Both the position numbers and the translations under genes were made by a program. Under the pieces are notes generated by a model. It had not been told where the DNA came from, did not search any database, and saw only the letters and a list, made by a program, of their open reading frames with translations. DNA of 48,855 nucleotides, filler included, from Sphacelaria rigidula (lineage: Eukaryota), in assembly GCA_964200075.2 (NCBI GenBank). It is 3 parts of 3 records of this genome, joined end to end, with 100 filler letters (N's around TTAATTAATTAA, not from the genome) between each part and the next. Parts side by side here need not be neighbours in the genome. Positions count along the whole stretch, not along the records: positions 32,639 to 48,855 come from CAXNAA020001440.1; 2 more parts are not named here. One strand, written 5' to 3'. Below, one piece after another: positions 47,712 to 48,855 of this stretch. The stretch's first letter is position 1, and every line of letters begins with the position of its first letter.

Positions 47712-48832
47712 GCTTATGTGTTGCGTATGTCCTTGCCGTAGTCGTTTGACCATTGGCCGCATGTCCACGCACCCCTTTCCAGACAGAGCACCGCTCCTAC
47801 TCCTAATAGATAAACCTCCAATATTTCGGTACTCATTAAGTTTCTTCCATACATTCCCCAAATCCTTCTACACATCTTATCCCCGTCCTGTTTCGCCGTC
47901 TGTGGCTGTGGCCACCATCTTGTTGTTGTTGTTGTTGTCTTCACATTAAAAGCCGTTCCGATATCTGCGCGGTACATTGGTACTGGGCATCTTATGCGGA
48001 CGCCTTCCGTGGTCACAGGCTAGCATCCACCTCCTAGTATTATAGCTATCGTTTCCTCCCTACTGTCTAACGCATCAAACGATTCCATGCCACCTTCGTT
48101 CACGTCCCGCATTACCCTTCTATCACGTCCCGTTCCTCCTTGTTGTATACTGTAGTTCACATTCTGCCACTATGTGACTTCTGCTATCTATTGCTTTGCC
48201 ACAGAGGCAATTCTGTGCATCTACTTCCTCCTCCTCTCGACCATACTGGTACATCTCTTCTTTCTTCTTTCTGGAAGGTTCAAGTCCCCCACCCGAAATC
48301 GCAGTTTCATCTTATTCGCCGCACCTATTGGGCCATGCAGACATGTTTTCATCCCTATCCCGTCTCTCAACCCGTCGTATATCTGCAATTGTTCTTTCTT
48401 CCTCGTCTACTTTGCGTCTGAGCGTTTATTTTGCCCTTATTCTATCGTGTCTCGTACTGTCATCCTGTACCCCGCACCTTCACCTATGAACAGTATTATT
48501 TCGTCTTGGTCTCCTCCAACCTCCTTCCATACTTTCTCGACTTCTCTATCCCACCTTATTTCAGCCTCCCATTTCGTCATTTTCTTCCATACAGCCCTTT
48601 CGAGTATGGCTGGTAATCTCTTTCGCTGCAAGTTATTTACGCTATATTGTCATCTCTATTTTCTCATGTATCTGCTTGTTTCAAGTGGGTGTATTCCCAA
48701 CTCTGCTTCCGATGCCGTATCACTCGTCGTTTGCGAGTATCCAAATATTTTCTGAGCTGCTGCCATCTGTCCTGTTTCCAACTTCTTCACCAGCTTAAAG
48801 TTCCCCTCCCGTACTTCTCCTGCATATTCCAG
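47712..48832 (-). mobile_element. Decayed non-LTR retrotransposon (LINE), 3' part of ORF2 and 3' end
   Basis: The minus-strand translation gives LEYAGEV...KKLETGQMAAAQKIFGYSQTTS...AELGIHPL (post-RT region) and a CCHC-like CLCGKAIDSRSHIVAEC. It resumes as RWWPQ..AKQDGD after an insertion. Multiple stops and frameshifts. Confidence 0.85.
47921..48030 (-). mobile_element. Short retroposon (SINE or 5'-truncated LINE end) with (ACA)n tail, inserted into the LINE ORF
   Basis: It ends on the - strand in GTGAAGACAACAACAACAACAACA and splits the LINE sequence ILG|RWWPQ. A close copy lies at 33802-33897. Confidence 0.75.
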
Positions 48833-48855
48833 GGAGGGGGGGGGGGGGAGGCGTA

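Noticed and set aside
48174-48755. 193-aa hydrophobic + strand ORF
   Set aside because: It is the antisense shadow of the purine-rich LINE ORF2 remnant.

Overview
Eukaryotic, intron-rich DNA. The gene content, ~0.3-2 kb introns and repeat landscape suggest a stramenopile, most likely a brown alga (inference). The window is three apparently unrelated contigs (1-16221, 16322-32538, 32639-48855; 16221, 16217 and 16217 bp) joined by artificial 100-nt N linkers containing TTAATTAATTAA. Contig 1 carries 10 internal exons of an axonemal dynein heavy chain (- strand, one GC-AG intron), a decayed and internally deleted Ty3/gypsy element, and arrays of a ~105-bp TTAA-flanked piggyBac-like MITE. Contig 2 carries a spliced gene with a stramenopile Myb/SANT-like 'RKGKWT...CDPMRITKKF' domain and several long foldback elements. 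Contig 3 carries a complete 10-exon PA2G4/EBP1 gene (399 aa) and a decayed LINE interrupted by a short (ACA)n-tailed retroposon. The best finding is two ~240-nt copies, in PA2G4 introns 4 and 6, of a three-hairpin box H/ACA RNA whose 3' hairpin carries m1-like (UAUUCCA) and m2-like (AAAUCAC) motifs. It is a strong candidate U17/snR30 (SNORA73) 18S-processing snoRNA.
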